This document shows positions 18,863 to 27,108 of a DNA stretch of 64,000 nt, piece after piece (the first letter of the stretch is position 1; each line of letters opens with the position of its first letter). Made by a program: the position numbers and the translations under genes. A model generated the notes under the pieces. That model was given only the letters and a program-made list of their open reading frames with translations. It did not search any database and was not told the origin of the DNA. Source of the stretch: a virus (Duplodnaviria > Heunggongvirae > Uroviricota > Caudoviricetes). The DNA is taken from positions 44,776-108,775 of the IMG/VR virus record IMGVR_UViG_3300034279_001376. One strand, written 5' to 3'.

Positions 18863-19358
18863 TTAGGATAATTTTTACACATTCATGCACTTTTTTTGCT
18901 GTACTTTCCGCAAATCCGAATTTGTGAATATTACTTTGTACCCAAGTTTCAAAAGGATTTCCGTATGATTTTCCTGCTCCTATCCAATCAGCCAGCATTT
19001 CGATGATGTAAATGTCGGGCATTTCTAAAGGGCTTGTTATTCCTGATTTATCTACCATGAACCAGTGTTCAGGATGATGAGGATTATTCATGTAATGGTG
19101 ATGCCACGCTAGATCAAAAGCATTAATTACTTCTGGGGTTCTAGGTACTCCTTCTTCTCCAAAGAAATAATCAGCATAACCCTTAAATTCTGCCTTAGAG
19201 TATTTAGACTTGTCATGCTTGTCTAAATTGGACATGAATTTAATTGTGGAGTATTCTAAAGGTAAGTCCAGTTCCATTAAAACCTGACCTGCTTCCTGAA
19301 CAAATCTTATATGACTGTTCACTGTGTTTAAGTAAAGTTCTTCTTTTAAATTTTTCAT
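18849..19358 (-). CDS. His-rich putative metal-dependent hydrolase (HD-like)
   Basis: The table ORF starts with TTG. The first ATG (MKNLKEEL...) is at complement 19356-19358. Motifs LDKHDKSKY and AWHHHYMNNPHHPEHW suggest a metal-binding hydrolase. Confidence 0.45.
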   Translation of the reverse strand: MKNLKEELYLNTVNSHIRFVQEAGQVLMELDLPLEYSTIKFMSNLDKHDKSKYSKAEFKGYADYFFGEEGVPRTPEVINAFDLAWHHHYMNNPHHPEHWFMVDKSGITSPLEMPDIYIIEMLADWIGAGKSYGNPFETWVQSNIHKFGFAESTAKKVHECVKIILNAKI

Positions 19359-19545
19359 GGAGCAAAGGTAAATAAAAAAGTTATTTAGTAGTTTCTTTTT
19401 TATAAGTAATTTTACTGAAAATTGTATTATGGCACAAACGAGCAATAAGGACAACGAAATAATAATTATTAGTACCCAAGGTACTGTAAGTGAAGAAGAT
19501 ACTAAAGCACTTGAAAAAGCATTACAAGAGGCTTTAAAGAAAGAC

Positions 19546-19767
19546 TCAGAGAAGAAGTGATACTACTCTGTGTTTTTTGAGGTATTTCTTTAAAGCCCTT
19601 TTCTTTTTAGGGATTCTGGTTTTGGGTGAGAATGAAAATTCTGCACTACTAATTTTATGTACGTAAGATTCAAGCATTTCTGAGGGTAGCCATAAGGAGT
19701 TGGTGAAATGCTCTCTTGAAACTTTAATGGTAAATGAAGTACCTTGTGTGCCGGGTGTATTTGTCAT
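19546..19767 (-). CDS. hypothetical protein (first gene of minus-strand unit)
   Basis: 73 aa ORF with ATG start, adjacent to the divergent intergenic region. Confidence 0.35.
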   Translation of the reverse strand: MTNTPGTQGTSFTIKVSREHFTNSLWLPSEMLESYVHKISSAEFSFSPKTRIPKKKRALKKYLKKHRVVSLLL

Positions 19768-20301
19768 ATATTTATATTTTTTGCAAAGATAAGGATAATT
19801 CTGAATCTAAAGTGTGTGTTTAAATTTTTTATATAGTTTTTTTGAAAGTTTATATTTGTGTGGGATTAGAGGGTATAAGAAAACCCCTCCCCTGCGTAGA
19901 AAATGAGAAAAAGAATTAGTCTTGTGTGAATTTCAAATAGTCTTCAAAAATTGAGTGGTAGAATGTTAGGGTAGTTGGTACTATCAATGCCGCCCCCCTC
20001 TTAAACTTCAGGAGAGACCCCCTAGTCTTTCAATTCCGAGAGATTAGTTTTGGGGTAAATCAAGGTAGAAAGTAGTAACCTAGAAATAGGAAACGTGGAG
20101 ACAACCACATTTAAAACCTACTTTGATCTCTTCCTCCCTTGCAATTGGGTTATTGCTGTATCGTTACATTAACGAGCATTTTTCTAGTTGAGTGGATCAA
20201 CTGGCGTTATAGAATCCTAATGGATTTGTATATAAGGGCTACTACGTTAAAGTAGCCCAATTTTTCACACTTCACTTTAAATTTTAAAACTATAAGTTAT
20301 T
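19768..20301. promoter_or_regulatory. divergent intergenic control region between the minus late/accessory unit and the plus early unit
   Basis: 534 bp without ORFs, AT-rich with TAnnTTTG-like elements (for example tatatttg near 19846). Contains unusual C-tracts (aaacccctcccctgcg at 19883-19896 and ccgcccccctc...gagaccccct at 19990-20023) and a hairpin at 20236-20258. Confidence 0.4.
20236..20265 (+). terminator. hairpin gggctact-acgttaa-agtagccc followed by TTTTT (plus-strand intrinsic-terminator-like)
   Basis: 8-bp perfect stem with a T5 run, 40 nt upstream of the 20302 start codon. It could end a short leader or sRNA, or act as an attenuator. Confidence 0.4.
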
Positions 20302-20793
20302 ATGGACGAGCAACAAATTGCAGAAGCAGCCGCAGATAAGGCAGCCAAGAAAGGTACACCAGCCTTTGTAGCACCAAAAGAATCCAGTACAACTGGAGAA
20401 CTTTTGAGTGTTGCACCAGTAGAGGAGAAAGGTATTGTGCTTGTGTATGTGCAAGATGAAGATGACACAGTGGTGGTATGTTCCACAAGCATCGCTTATT
20501 GGAAGAAAGTTGGAGCATTCTTTGCTCCGGGTTCTATCCTCAAAGTTGGTTATGAGAAAAGAATTGAGGGAGTCACAAGTTACAAGGATCAGGCTGGTGT
20601 TGTTAAGACACACACTTCAAGTGGTCTAAGTGTCCTCAATGTTACTCCGTACTCGGTCAGTGCTTGGAATCAAGCCAAGGCAAACCGTAAACAGGCTAGT
20701 GATATGGTGCAAATAGTAAACCAAGCACCAGAAACTGTTAATGCTGTATCAAGTTACCTTGCAGCCACTTTTACAACCTCATTAAAGGGTTAA
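20302..20793 (+). CDS. hypothetical protein with anomalously high GC content
   Basis: 163 aa with ATG start. Local GC is visibly higher than the flanks, and three antisense ORFs in the table are artefacts of this. Ala/Val/Ser-rich with no recognised motif. Confidence 0.6.
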   Translation: MDEQQIAEAAADKAAKKGTPAFVAPKESSTTGELLSVAPVEEKGIVLVYVQDEDDTVVVCSTSIAYWKKVGAFFAPGSILKVGYEKRIEGVTSYKDQAGVVKTHTSSGLSVLNVTPYSVSAWNQAKANRKQASDMVQIVNQAPETVNAVSSYLAATFTTSLKG

Positions 20794-20815
20794 GATTAAG
20801 TGCTACCGCATTAAA

Positions 20816-20858
20816 CAAGACCCATTCTACTATGTAGGGTGGGTCTTGTATCTTTTCA
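20816..20858 (+). terminator. rho-independent terminator (caagaccca-N15-tgggtcttg + T-rich tail)
   Basis: 9-bp perfect stem followed by tatcttttcac, 22 nt after the stop of the 20302-20793 gene. Confidence 0.55.
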
Positions 20859-21093
20859 CACACAACACCGTTTTTTTATGACTTGGAAATCAAGAGTCTT
20901 TCATGTTCGCAGAATGTGCGAAGGACTCACAAAGGAGCAAGCAATTGCTACTATTTGTGGTCCATGTTCCCCAAAACATTGGGAGGTAATAATCAATTAC
21001 ATTTACAAGTAACCGTTTTCTATGCGTATTTTCATTCAATTCCCTGATGGAAGTATTGGAACCAATTTAGATTGGGATTTTCAATAAATCCAT

Positions 21094-21125
21094 GCACCTG
21101 TAATCTCTAATGGGGTTACAGGTGC
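21094..21125 (+). ncRNA. perfect 10-bp hairpin (gcacctgtaa-N12-ttacaggtgc) in an ORF-free stretch; possible sRNA 3' end or terminator
   Basis: Lies in the 20860-21320 region, which has no ORF of 60 aa or more on either strand. Followed by ttctttgg. A second hairpin, ttcgca-gaatg-tgcgaa, lies at 20896-20912. Confidence 0.3.
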
Positions 21126-21323
21126 TTCTTTGGTCAGAGGTGCACCACTTTTCTAGGTTATGAAAAATCTAGCGTTTTTAAGTTTCTACCAATGCTATGG
21201 CGTGGTTGTAAGTGAAACTTATTCTTTCAGGTGAAAGTAGCATTTGCTATGAGTAGCCTTTTTATTTTAAGTTGAAAATGAGAGGATAGTCCTGCACAGA
21301 TGAAAATCAGTGTGGGACAAATT

Positions 21324-21740
21324 TTATTTCTTTCTTATTTTATGAGTTGATACAGTTACTTCAAATGTGTATTTCAGCCCAAGAACATCTGTGTGTAACG
21401 AAACCCAACTTTGGTCACGTGAAATTTGATAGGTATTGTTTTCTTTAAAAATTATTAATTTTTTGTCTAACAATTGCTCTATTCCTTTTTTCAAATCCTC
21501 CAAAGAAAGGCTTTTTTGTTCTCCAATGCCTGTTAGCAATCCATCCGTAAAAGTAACACAACCCATTTCAGTGGCATAAGTCTGTGTGAAATGCTTTAAT
21601 ATAGCAATAGCAGGTTTTTCTAATCTTTCATACATTCCTACTATTCTAGCGTAGAACTCCGCAAAATCTTCTAATGAGTCTGCTTTTAAAGAAACTTGCT
21701 TTTGAGTTAGTATGCCTTTAATTTCTGTTTGTTTGTTCAT
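21324..21740 (-). CDS. hypothetical protein (minus-strand gene inside the plus-strand early region)
   Basis: 138 aa ORF with ATG start. Confidence 0.55.
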   Translation of the reverse strand: MNKQTEIKGILTQKQVSLKADSLEDFAEFYARIVGMYERLEKPAIAILKHFTQTYATEMGCVTFTDGLLTGIGEQKSLSLEDLKKGIEQLLDKKLIIFKENNTYQISRDQSWVSLHTDVLGLKYTFEVTVSTHKIRKK

Positions 21741-21807
21741 AATTTTTTATTTAACAAATTTTATAAATAGTTGGTTATCAACCCTTTACTATTTTCAGTG
21801 AGAATTA

Positions 21808-21848
21808 CACTTCGGTTTAAGCGAAGAAACACTTCGGTTTAAGCGAAG
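21808..21848. repeat. tandem direct repeat 2 x 19 bp (cacttcggtttaagcgaag), each unit a small hairpin (cttcg/cgaag)
   Basis: Exact copies at 21808-21826 and 21830-21848, separated by aaa. Located upstream of 21324-21740 and downstream of 21915-22457. Confidence 0.6.
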
Positions 21849-21914
21849 CCATATCTTTGTAAATAGTTGGTTTTCAGCACTTTAGATTTTTGACCCTCTT
21901 ATATCTTTTAGAGA

Positions 21915-22457
21915 CTATAATTTAGATTTTTGTGCTCTTCTGTAATATTCATTTGTAAGGGCCGTTCCTTCAAACAATTTTGCTATGTCTGTGTCAATAA
22001 GTTTTCCACCAAAAGAGAGATAAGGATTTAAAACCCAATACTTTGTGTAGGCAAAGTTTTCTTTAACTACATCAAACTTTCCAAACACGCCTAATTGGTG
22101 GAGTTTGGTAAAAAGTTTTTTGCTGTTCCTATGGTCAATCTTAAAGTAAGCAGAAATTTCCACTTGTGTAATTTCGTCAGACAGAGGTTCTAAAGAATTT
22201 GTGTTAAGTTTTGCCATTCTCGCCAGTTTCAAAACAACTCTTAATTCTAAATCAGTAAGTACTTCCTCAAGAAAATCCCAAGAGTAATCAAAAGATTTCC
22301 TCCAGCCTTTTTCTTCTATACCCCAAGTTGATTTACCTTCTGGTATGTTGTTTGGTTTTACGGATATTTCAGTTGTCAAACCTGTCTCTTTGTTAATCAT
22401 TGCTGGGCTACAATTGTGGGGTAAATTAAATTCTTGTTTATATGTGTCTTTTCGCAT
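21915..22457 (-). CDS. putative winged-helix DNA-binding protein
   Basis: 180 aa. Segment LELRVVLKLARMAKLNTNSLEPLSDEITQVEISAYFKIDHRNSKKLFTKLHQLGVFGKFDVV resembles a wHTH. Opposite orientation to the surrounding early genes. Confidence 0.45.
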   Translation of the reverse strand: MRKDTYKQEFNLPHNCSPAMINKETGLTTEISVKPNNIPEGKSTWGIEEKGWRKSFDYSWDFLEEVLTDLELRVVLKLARMAKLNTNSLEPLSDEITQVEISAYFKIDHRNSKKLFTKLHQLGVFGKFDVVKENFAYTKYWVLNPYLSFGGKLIDTDIAKLFEGTALTNEYYRRAQKSKL

Positions 22458-22575
22458 AAAAATGTTTTAAAATTTAATGCAAAGGTACTTAAAAATGTAC
22501 TAATTCTTTAATCAAACTTATAGTATTTTTCTTAAAACCTCATTCTTACTTCACAAGGGTAAGCATACATTATGT

Positions 22576-22980
22576 ATGAAGGTTGAGTGGGTTAAATTTC
22601 ATTCTCACACTCATTATCTTAGTCATCTAACCCAATGGGGAAGGGGTGGCCAAGATAGTGGCTTAAACTTTAATTTTATGCCTTATTTTTCGTATCCATT
22701 CAAGACTTCTATGACTGGCCTTTGGGACAATGATACAGAAGGTTTATTTGATTTTACTTTAACCACAACGGATGCTACTGGAAAAGTAGTATGTGTAGGT
22801 GGTGGAGTTGGAGTGTCCCAAGACATTATTGACCAACACAAGGAAGACGAAATGGTGTTGGAAGAAACAGTAGAATGGGCAGCAATTACTCAATTAGATG
22901 AGGAAAACTATGCTGCGTATCTTGAGTCTCTTGATGAGCATTGCTGGGAAGATGCAATGGGATTGCATGATCCAGAATAA
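22576..22980 (+). CDS. acidic hypothetical protein
   Basis: 134 aa with ATG start and a Gly-rich centre (CVGGGVGVSQD). Confidence 0.5.
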   Translation: MKVEWVKFHSHTHYLSHLTQWGRGGQDSGLNFNFMPYFSYPFKTSMTGLWDNDTEGLFDFTLTTTDATGKVVCVGGGVGVSQDIIDQHKEDEMVLEETVEWAAITQLDEENYAAYLESLDEHCWEDAMGLHDPE

Positions 22981-23006
22981 AATTCTGTCTTTGTTAGTAT
23001 AATCCT

Positions 23007-23414
23007 TTAGTCAGGGAGTGAGAATAATTTAATAGTTATTTTCACTCCTTTCTCTAAATTATCTTTGTATGGAATGAAACGAAGATTTCTTAAATCACTG
23101 CATATTTCTGCTGGTATACCTAACTTGAAACATTTGCAAATAGGAAATACATGATCCAAATGGTAATTTTTCCAACCTCTTTTTTCATAATTAGGTAAAG
23201 ATTTCAAGTCTTGCAATTCCGTAAGTTTCCAAACCAATTCTTTATATTGTTTTTTAGTAAACCTAATACCTTTTTTATTTGAGTTTGTTTTAACAAATGC
23301 TTTTATCTCTTTGAAACCCAGAACCCCATAAATGTTTATCAAATGCTTTTTAGCAGACTTTAACATTTCTGGATTTTTTGAGTAAAATTGTTTTTCTAAT
23401 TCTAAATTCGTCAT
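23007..23414 (-). CDS. HNH homing endonuclease
   Basis: 135 aa. YHLDHVFPICKCF...NLRFIPYKDNLEKG is a canonical HNH motif (H-x-D-H ... N ... N/K). Free-standing on the opposite strand to its neighbours. Confidence 0.75.
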   Translation of the reverse strand: MTNLELEKQFYSKNPEMLKSAKKHLINIYGVLGFKEIKAFVKTNSNKKGIRFTKKQYKELVWKLTELQDLKSLPNYEKRGWKNYHLDHVFPICKCFKLGIPAEICSDLRNLRFIPYKDNLEKGVKITIKLFSLPD

Positions 23415-23615
23415 ATTCTTTAAACCATTTAAATTAGAAAAGGTTTAATTATTTATAAAGAGTTCAGAATAAAATTTGTTTCAATCATCTAGCATTTTGT
23501 CATTTGCCTCAAAAAAAGAGTAATAAAACAAAATAAAATATTGGGTTTATTAGCAAAGACAGAATTTATTTGCTTTAGATTATGCAGTCTCAAAGACAAA
23601 TCGTATTTTTGCATT

Positions 23616-24104
23616 ATGAAAATTCAAGATAGAATCAAACTGCAAGGGCTTCAAAACCCTTTTATGACCAATACAACCATTCAATGTAAAACCTATAAGG
23701 TGATTAACAAAATGGGGAATTTGGCAGACATAACCGAAGGTATTTTTGTGGGGGATGTGTCCGAGATTAAGCAAAGTGTGATCGTGGATTCAGAAGAACA
23801 CTCAAAAATATTCACAAAAGCAGGTTATAGGCTTCATGTAAGTGCCTTATCACCTCAAGGAAGGCTCTTATTTTTATGGCTGTTGTACGAAATTGATTAT
23901 GCGGAAGATTTCCTAGAACTGAATAAAAGACGGTTTATAGCGGAATGCACGTCGAATTACAAGCATTTATCAGCAGGGATCAAATCTCTTATGGATGCTT
24001 CTATAATTATACCTACAACAGTTGAGAACGTGTATTGGATAAACCCTATTTTCTTCTTTAAAGGAGATAGAGTTAAGAAATACCCAAACAATATTACGAC
24101 ATAG
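23616..24104 (+). CDS. hypothetical protein (possible regulator)
   Basis: The table ORF 23541-24104 initiates at TTG. The first ATG (MKIQDRIKLQGL...) is at 23616. Confidence 0.5.
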   Translation: MKIQDRIKLQGLQNPFMTNTTIQCKTYKVINKMGNLADITEGIFVGDVSEIKQSVIVDSEEHSKIFTKAGYRLHVSALSPQGRLLFLWLLYEIDYAEDFLELNKRRFIAECTSNYKHLSAGIKSLMDASIIIPTTVENVYWINPIFFFKGDRVKKYPNNITT

Positions 24105-24118
24105 ATTTATGAATAGTG

Positions 24119-24205
24119 TTGATAATCAATGAGTTATGAGATGAAACAAAGGTATTAAACTATACCAACGTATTATCTTGTAATTTGTTGATTATCAATG
24201 AGTTA
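24119..24205. repeat. pair of 18-bp direct repeats with palindromic cores (ttgataatcaatgagtta / ttgattatcaatgagtta) in an AT-rich intergenic region
   Basis: Copies at 24119-24136 and 24188-24205. The 9-mer cores tgataatca and tgattatca are reverse complements of each other. Downstream runs of tttgaaattt-like repeats and the element pair ccctttYcWGAAA (24292-24304 and 24331-24343) suggest an operator, iteron or origin. Confidence 0.5.
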
Positions 24206-24386
24206 GTAAAACCTATGTCTTTAATTGATTTTGAGAAATTTTTGAATTTTTTTGAAATTTGAGGGAAAGAGTAAGGTGAGTTACTCATTTAACCCTTTTC
24301 TGAAAGAGATCAATAAAATTTTATTTATAACTCTTTATACCCTTTCAGAAAACATTTAATTACGCTTATTTAACCTTATTTACTTT

Positions 24387-24689
24387 ATGAAACTAGGCAC
24401 TAAATTCTGGATACAAGTAGAAAAGGACTACTTAAAATCCAATAGGAATTACCTTTGTGATGGTTCTAACTTGTTTAAATATACGTGGAGCCATACACCT
24501 ACATGGAAAGTGATTAAACAACTAGAACTTGTTTTCATTACAGAAGTGTTAAACTTACCAGATTATTACTTTGATCCAGAAGGTAAGACATTGTTCAGAA
24601 ATACACTGGTAGGATCGAGAGAAGTAAGACAAGCATTTCTTAGGTGGGTAATCCATACTAAGATGAAAGTTGTTATTACTTTAGAGTAA
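24387..24689 (+). CDS. small protein, 'KxFW' family member 1
   Basis: 100 aa with ATG start. MKLGTKFWIQVEKDYL...LCDGSNLF... shares an N-terminal K.FW..V...Y and L(C)..gS..F pattern with four paralogs. Confidence 0.55.
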   Translation: MKLGTKFWIQVEKDYLKSNRNYLCDGSNLFKYTWSHTPTWKVIKQLELVFITEVLNLPDYYFDPEGKTLFRNTLVGSREVRQAFLRWVIHTKMKVVITLE

Positions 24690-24739
24690 TAGGCCAGTAA
24701 ATTAATTCACCCGCGATTCTCACATCAAAATCCAAAAAC

Positions 24740-24943
24740 ATGGAAAATTTTATAATCATTCACATAAAAAATAGCACATACTGGATAGTAGAATATCTAG
24801 GAAGTGATTTTACTCATAGCAGGGTTTCAGAAGAATTTGCTCTTACAACAAGCATCAAGCATGTTGATTGTGAAAGCATTGACAAATTCTATTCTACTGC
24901 AATGGACAATAATCCTTTACAAAATTCAAATAGAACTCGATAA
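24740..24943 (+). CDS. small hypothetical protein
   Basis: 67 aa ORF with ATG start. Confidence 0.4.
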   Translation: MENFIIIHIKNSTYWIVEYLGSDFTHSRVSEEFALTTSIKHVDCESIDKFYSTAMDNNPLQNSNRTR

Positions 24944-25010
24944 GTTTTTAAAAGCAATAAAGTAAAAAAATGTAGTTGTGTGATATAATTGCACAACTAC
25001 ACTCATAAAT

Positions 25011-25268
25011 ATGATAGTTAAAGCAAAAGTCAAGCAAAGACTTGACGTATGGTTTACACGGAAGTTTGATTCTTCTATGTGGGAAGTAGTGCCTGATTCC
25101 ATAGTCCATTTAACGGACTATGCAGATGTTCAGGCAGCAGTAGAAGTAGAAGGCCAAGGGCTTTTTAGAATCTCTGCTGGAGATTGTGACTTATTGAAAA
25201 CTCAAGACACATTTAATGTGCGGATTTTCAATGACAGCACAGCCGCTACTTTATTTCAAATTTCTTAA
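25011..25268 (+). CDS. small hypothetical protein
   Basis: 85 aa ORF with ATG start. Confidence 0.45.
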   Translation: MIVKAKVKQRLDVWFTRKFDSSMWEVVPDSIVHLTDYADVQAAVEVEGQGLFRISAGDCDLLKTQDTFNVRIFNDSTAATLFQIS

Positions 25269-25541
25269 CCGAACAATAGTAGGTTAAGTTGTTAATCTCG
25301 TTACAGGGAGTTAACGTAAAATTACAAAGAAATCCTATCAAGGATGAGCAGTCTGTAATATATAATGCCTTTAGCAAGCATTATGAAATCTTAGTAATAA
25401 GAATAGATTACTTAGTACATGACAGTAACTAAGAAGGATCGCTAACTGTTTTCACTTTAAATTCAACCTCAAAATACCTTTGAGAATGTGTTTCAATAGC
25501 GCATTTTCACGAAGAAGTAATAAACAATTAAATATAAAAAC

Positions 25542-25787
25542 ATGAAAAAAATACAAGTTAACTCAGAATTTGCTTTTGCATTCCAATATAATCATTGGGT
25601 AATATTTTGCTCTCAAAATAGTGTTTACTTGGAAGTAAATCTTCTTGGTAATTGGAGAGTAAGAAATCAAAAAAATACTTTAGAAGAATTCTTTGATGCT
25701 TTAGCGTTTAACAATGCTTCAAAGTTTTATATAGAAAGTCTTTTAAAGACAATACCTGAACATAAAATAGCAGTTGAATTTGTTTGA
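25542..25787 (+). CDS. small hypothetical protein
   Basis: 81 aa ORF with ATG start. Confidence 0.45.
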   Translation: MKKIQVNSEFAFAFQYNHWVIFCSQNSVYLEVNLLGNWRVRNQKNTLEEFFDALAFNNASKFYIESLLKTIPEHKIAVEFV

Positions 25788-25860
25788 CTAAAACTTATGG
25801 AGTTAATCTTCAAACTGTTCAAATAAAACAAGAAGGGGTAATACCCAAAACATTGTGGGA

Positions 25861-26055
25861 ATGAAAAAATATGTGATAAAAGAATTAGTGTCTGGAAATT
25901 ATCTTATAGGTCATCAAATTAGACTTGTTACAAAAGTTATCTGGAATGCTAAGGCTTATAGCAGCAAAAAAGCAGCAAAAGCAACAATTCTGCAAATGCT
26001 TGCTCAATCCGAAACAAAACTGTGGCTAGAAATAGTCACTGTATATACGAACTAA
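25861..26055 (+). CDS. small hypothetical protein
   Basis: The table ORF starts with GTG at 25855. An ATG follows at 25861 (MKKYVIKEL...). Confidence 0.4.
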   Translation: MKKYVIKELVSGNYLIGHQIRLVTKVIWNAKAYSSKKAAKATILQMLAQSETKLWLEIVTVYTN

Positions 26056-26157
26056 CATCATTTTGATGTTCTGCCATTTTAATTTCCGGGTCTGATGAAA
26101 ATCAGGCTCGGTTAACTTTTATTAAAAGCATCCCTGCTCTGCTAACAGGAGAAAAAT

Positions 26158-26442
26158 ATGAAAATAGAGTTTTATCAACTTGGACAGCACAAAATAATTG
26201 TTCATATCCCAGAACAACTGGAGGAATTTCAAGTAATGGATAATAAATGCCATATTGTAATTGGAGACAAATGTCAACCAGTATTGTATGGAGATTATTA
26301 TCCTGAATGGGAAGAAGACAGGTTAACTATCATTAGATGGGCATTGTCTGTTTTATTTCGTAAAGACAAAACACAGCCACAAAAAATAAGACGCTCTAGC
26401 AATATATTTGGACGTAAAATTCGTACTGGTAATCGAAGATAA
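26158..26442 (+). CDS. small hypothetical protein
   Basis: 94 aa with ATG start and a basic C-terminus. Confidence 0.5.
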   Translation: MKIEFYQLGQHKIIVHIPEQLEEFQVMDNKCHIVIGDKCQPVLYGDYYPEWEEDRLTIIRWALSVLFRKDKTQPQKIRRSSNIFGRKIRTGNRR

Positions 26443-26500
26443 TTCAATAATCAAGTGGTAGTAGAGTTTAAGGCTTTACTACTACTTTAAAATTTATAGT

Positions 26501-26875
26501 ATGAAATTAATATTAACTACCTATGATTGTTTTGCAATCTGGGACACAGGTTACATACATAATCCTTGTGCAACAGAGTTTGCCAAGGAACTGATCAACC
26601 AAGCAAAAAAATTTGCCAAGGAATGCAAAGTTCCTTTGCAAACAGTGCATTGGTTGCACGTTACAGAAGAGTCAGATGAAATAAATGAGCACCTTTTGAT
26701 CTATGCTAAAGTACCTCAAAATTGGGAACCAACCTCTAATACAAGAATCCTTGACGACAAAATAAACCCTATGTACCCTGAAAGTGTTTTTACTTTTAGA
26801 AGTTGGGTTAAAAATCACGGAAGTATTGGAGTAGGAACAAACAAAAATAACCATAAACTTTTTAAAAGCGTATGA
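26501..26875 (+). CDS. hypothetical protein
   Basis: 124 aa ORF with ATG start. Confidence 0.5.
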   Translation: MKLILTTYDCFAIWDTGYIHNPCATEFAKELINQAKKFAKECKVPLQTVHWLHVTEESDEINEHLLIYAKVPQNWEPTSNTRILDDKINPMYPESVFTFRSWVKNHGSIGVGTNKNNHKLFKSV

Positions 26876-27108
26876 ACTTTACGACATTAATTATAAAACT
26901 CTTTCTAGGAGTTCTTGTACTTTTTTTGCCTATGCTTATTTTTGCAGTAATAGTAGGCTTTTATTACATACAATTTTCATTTTTAGATTCTATAAAATGG
27001 ATAATGGGTAAAAACAATCCATTTGTTTTTCCTTTTTCCCTGTTTTATTATTTTTGGACTATTTTTACTTGTGTCTTCACAATCAAAAGAATAAAAAGCA
27101 ATGAATAA
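26872..27108 (+). CDS. small integral membrane protein
   Basis: 78 aa with 2-3 hydrophobic helices (LFLGVLVLFLPMLIFAVIVGFYYI). ATGA overlap with the upstream gene. Confidence 0.5.
   Translation: MNFTTLIIKLFLGVLVLFLPMLIFAVIVGFYYIQFSFLDSIKWIMGKNNPFVFPFSLFYYFWTIFTCVFTIKRIKSNE

Noticed and set aside
19430-19561. Plus-strand 43-aa ORF (MAQTSNKDNEIIIISTQGTV...) between minus-strand genes.
   Set aside because: Too short, wrong orientation for the unit, and overlaps the 3' end of 19546-19767. It is probably a promoter/UTR region of the minus-strand genes.
20277-20613. Three overlapping minus-strand ORFs (71-107 aa) antisense to gene 20302-20793.
   Set aside because: Stop-codon depletion artefact of the locally GC-richer plus-strand gene. 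All three overlap each other and the real gene.
21808-21848. CRISPR array.
   Set aside because: Only two repeat units with a 3-bp spacer, and no other regularly spaced repeats anywhere. No cas genes.
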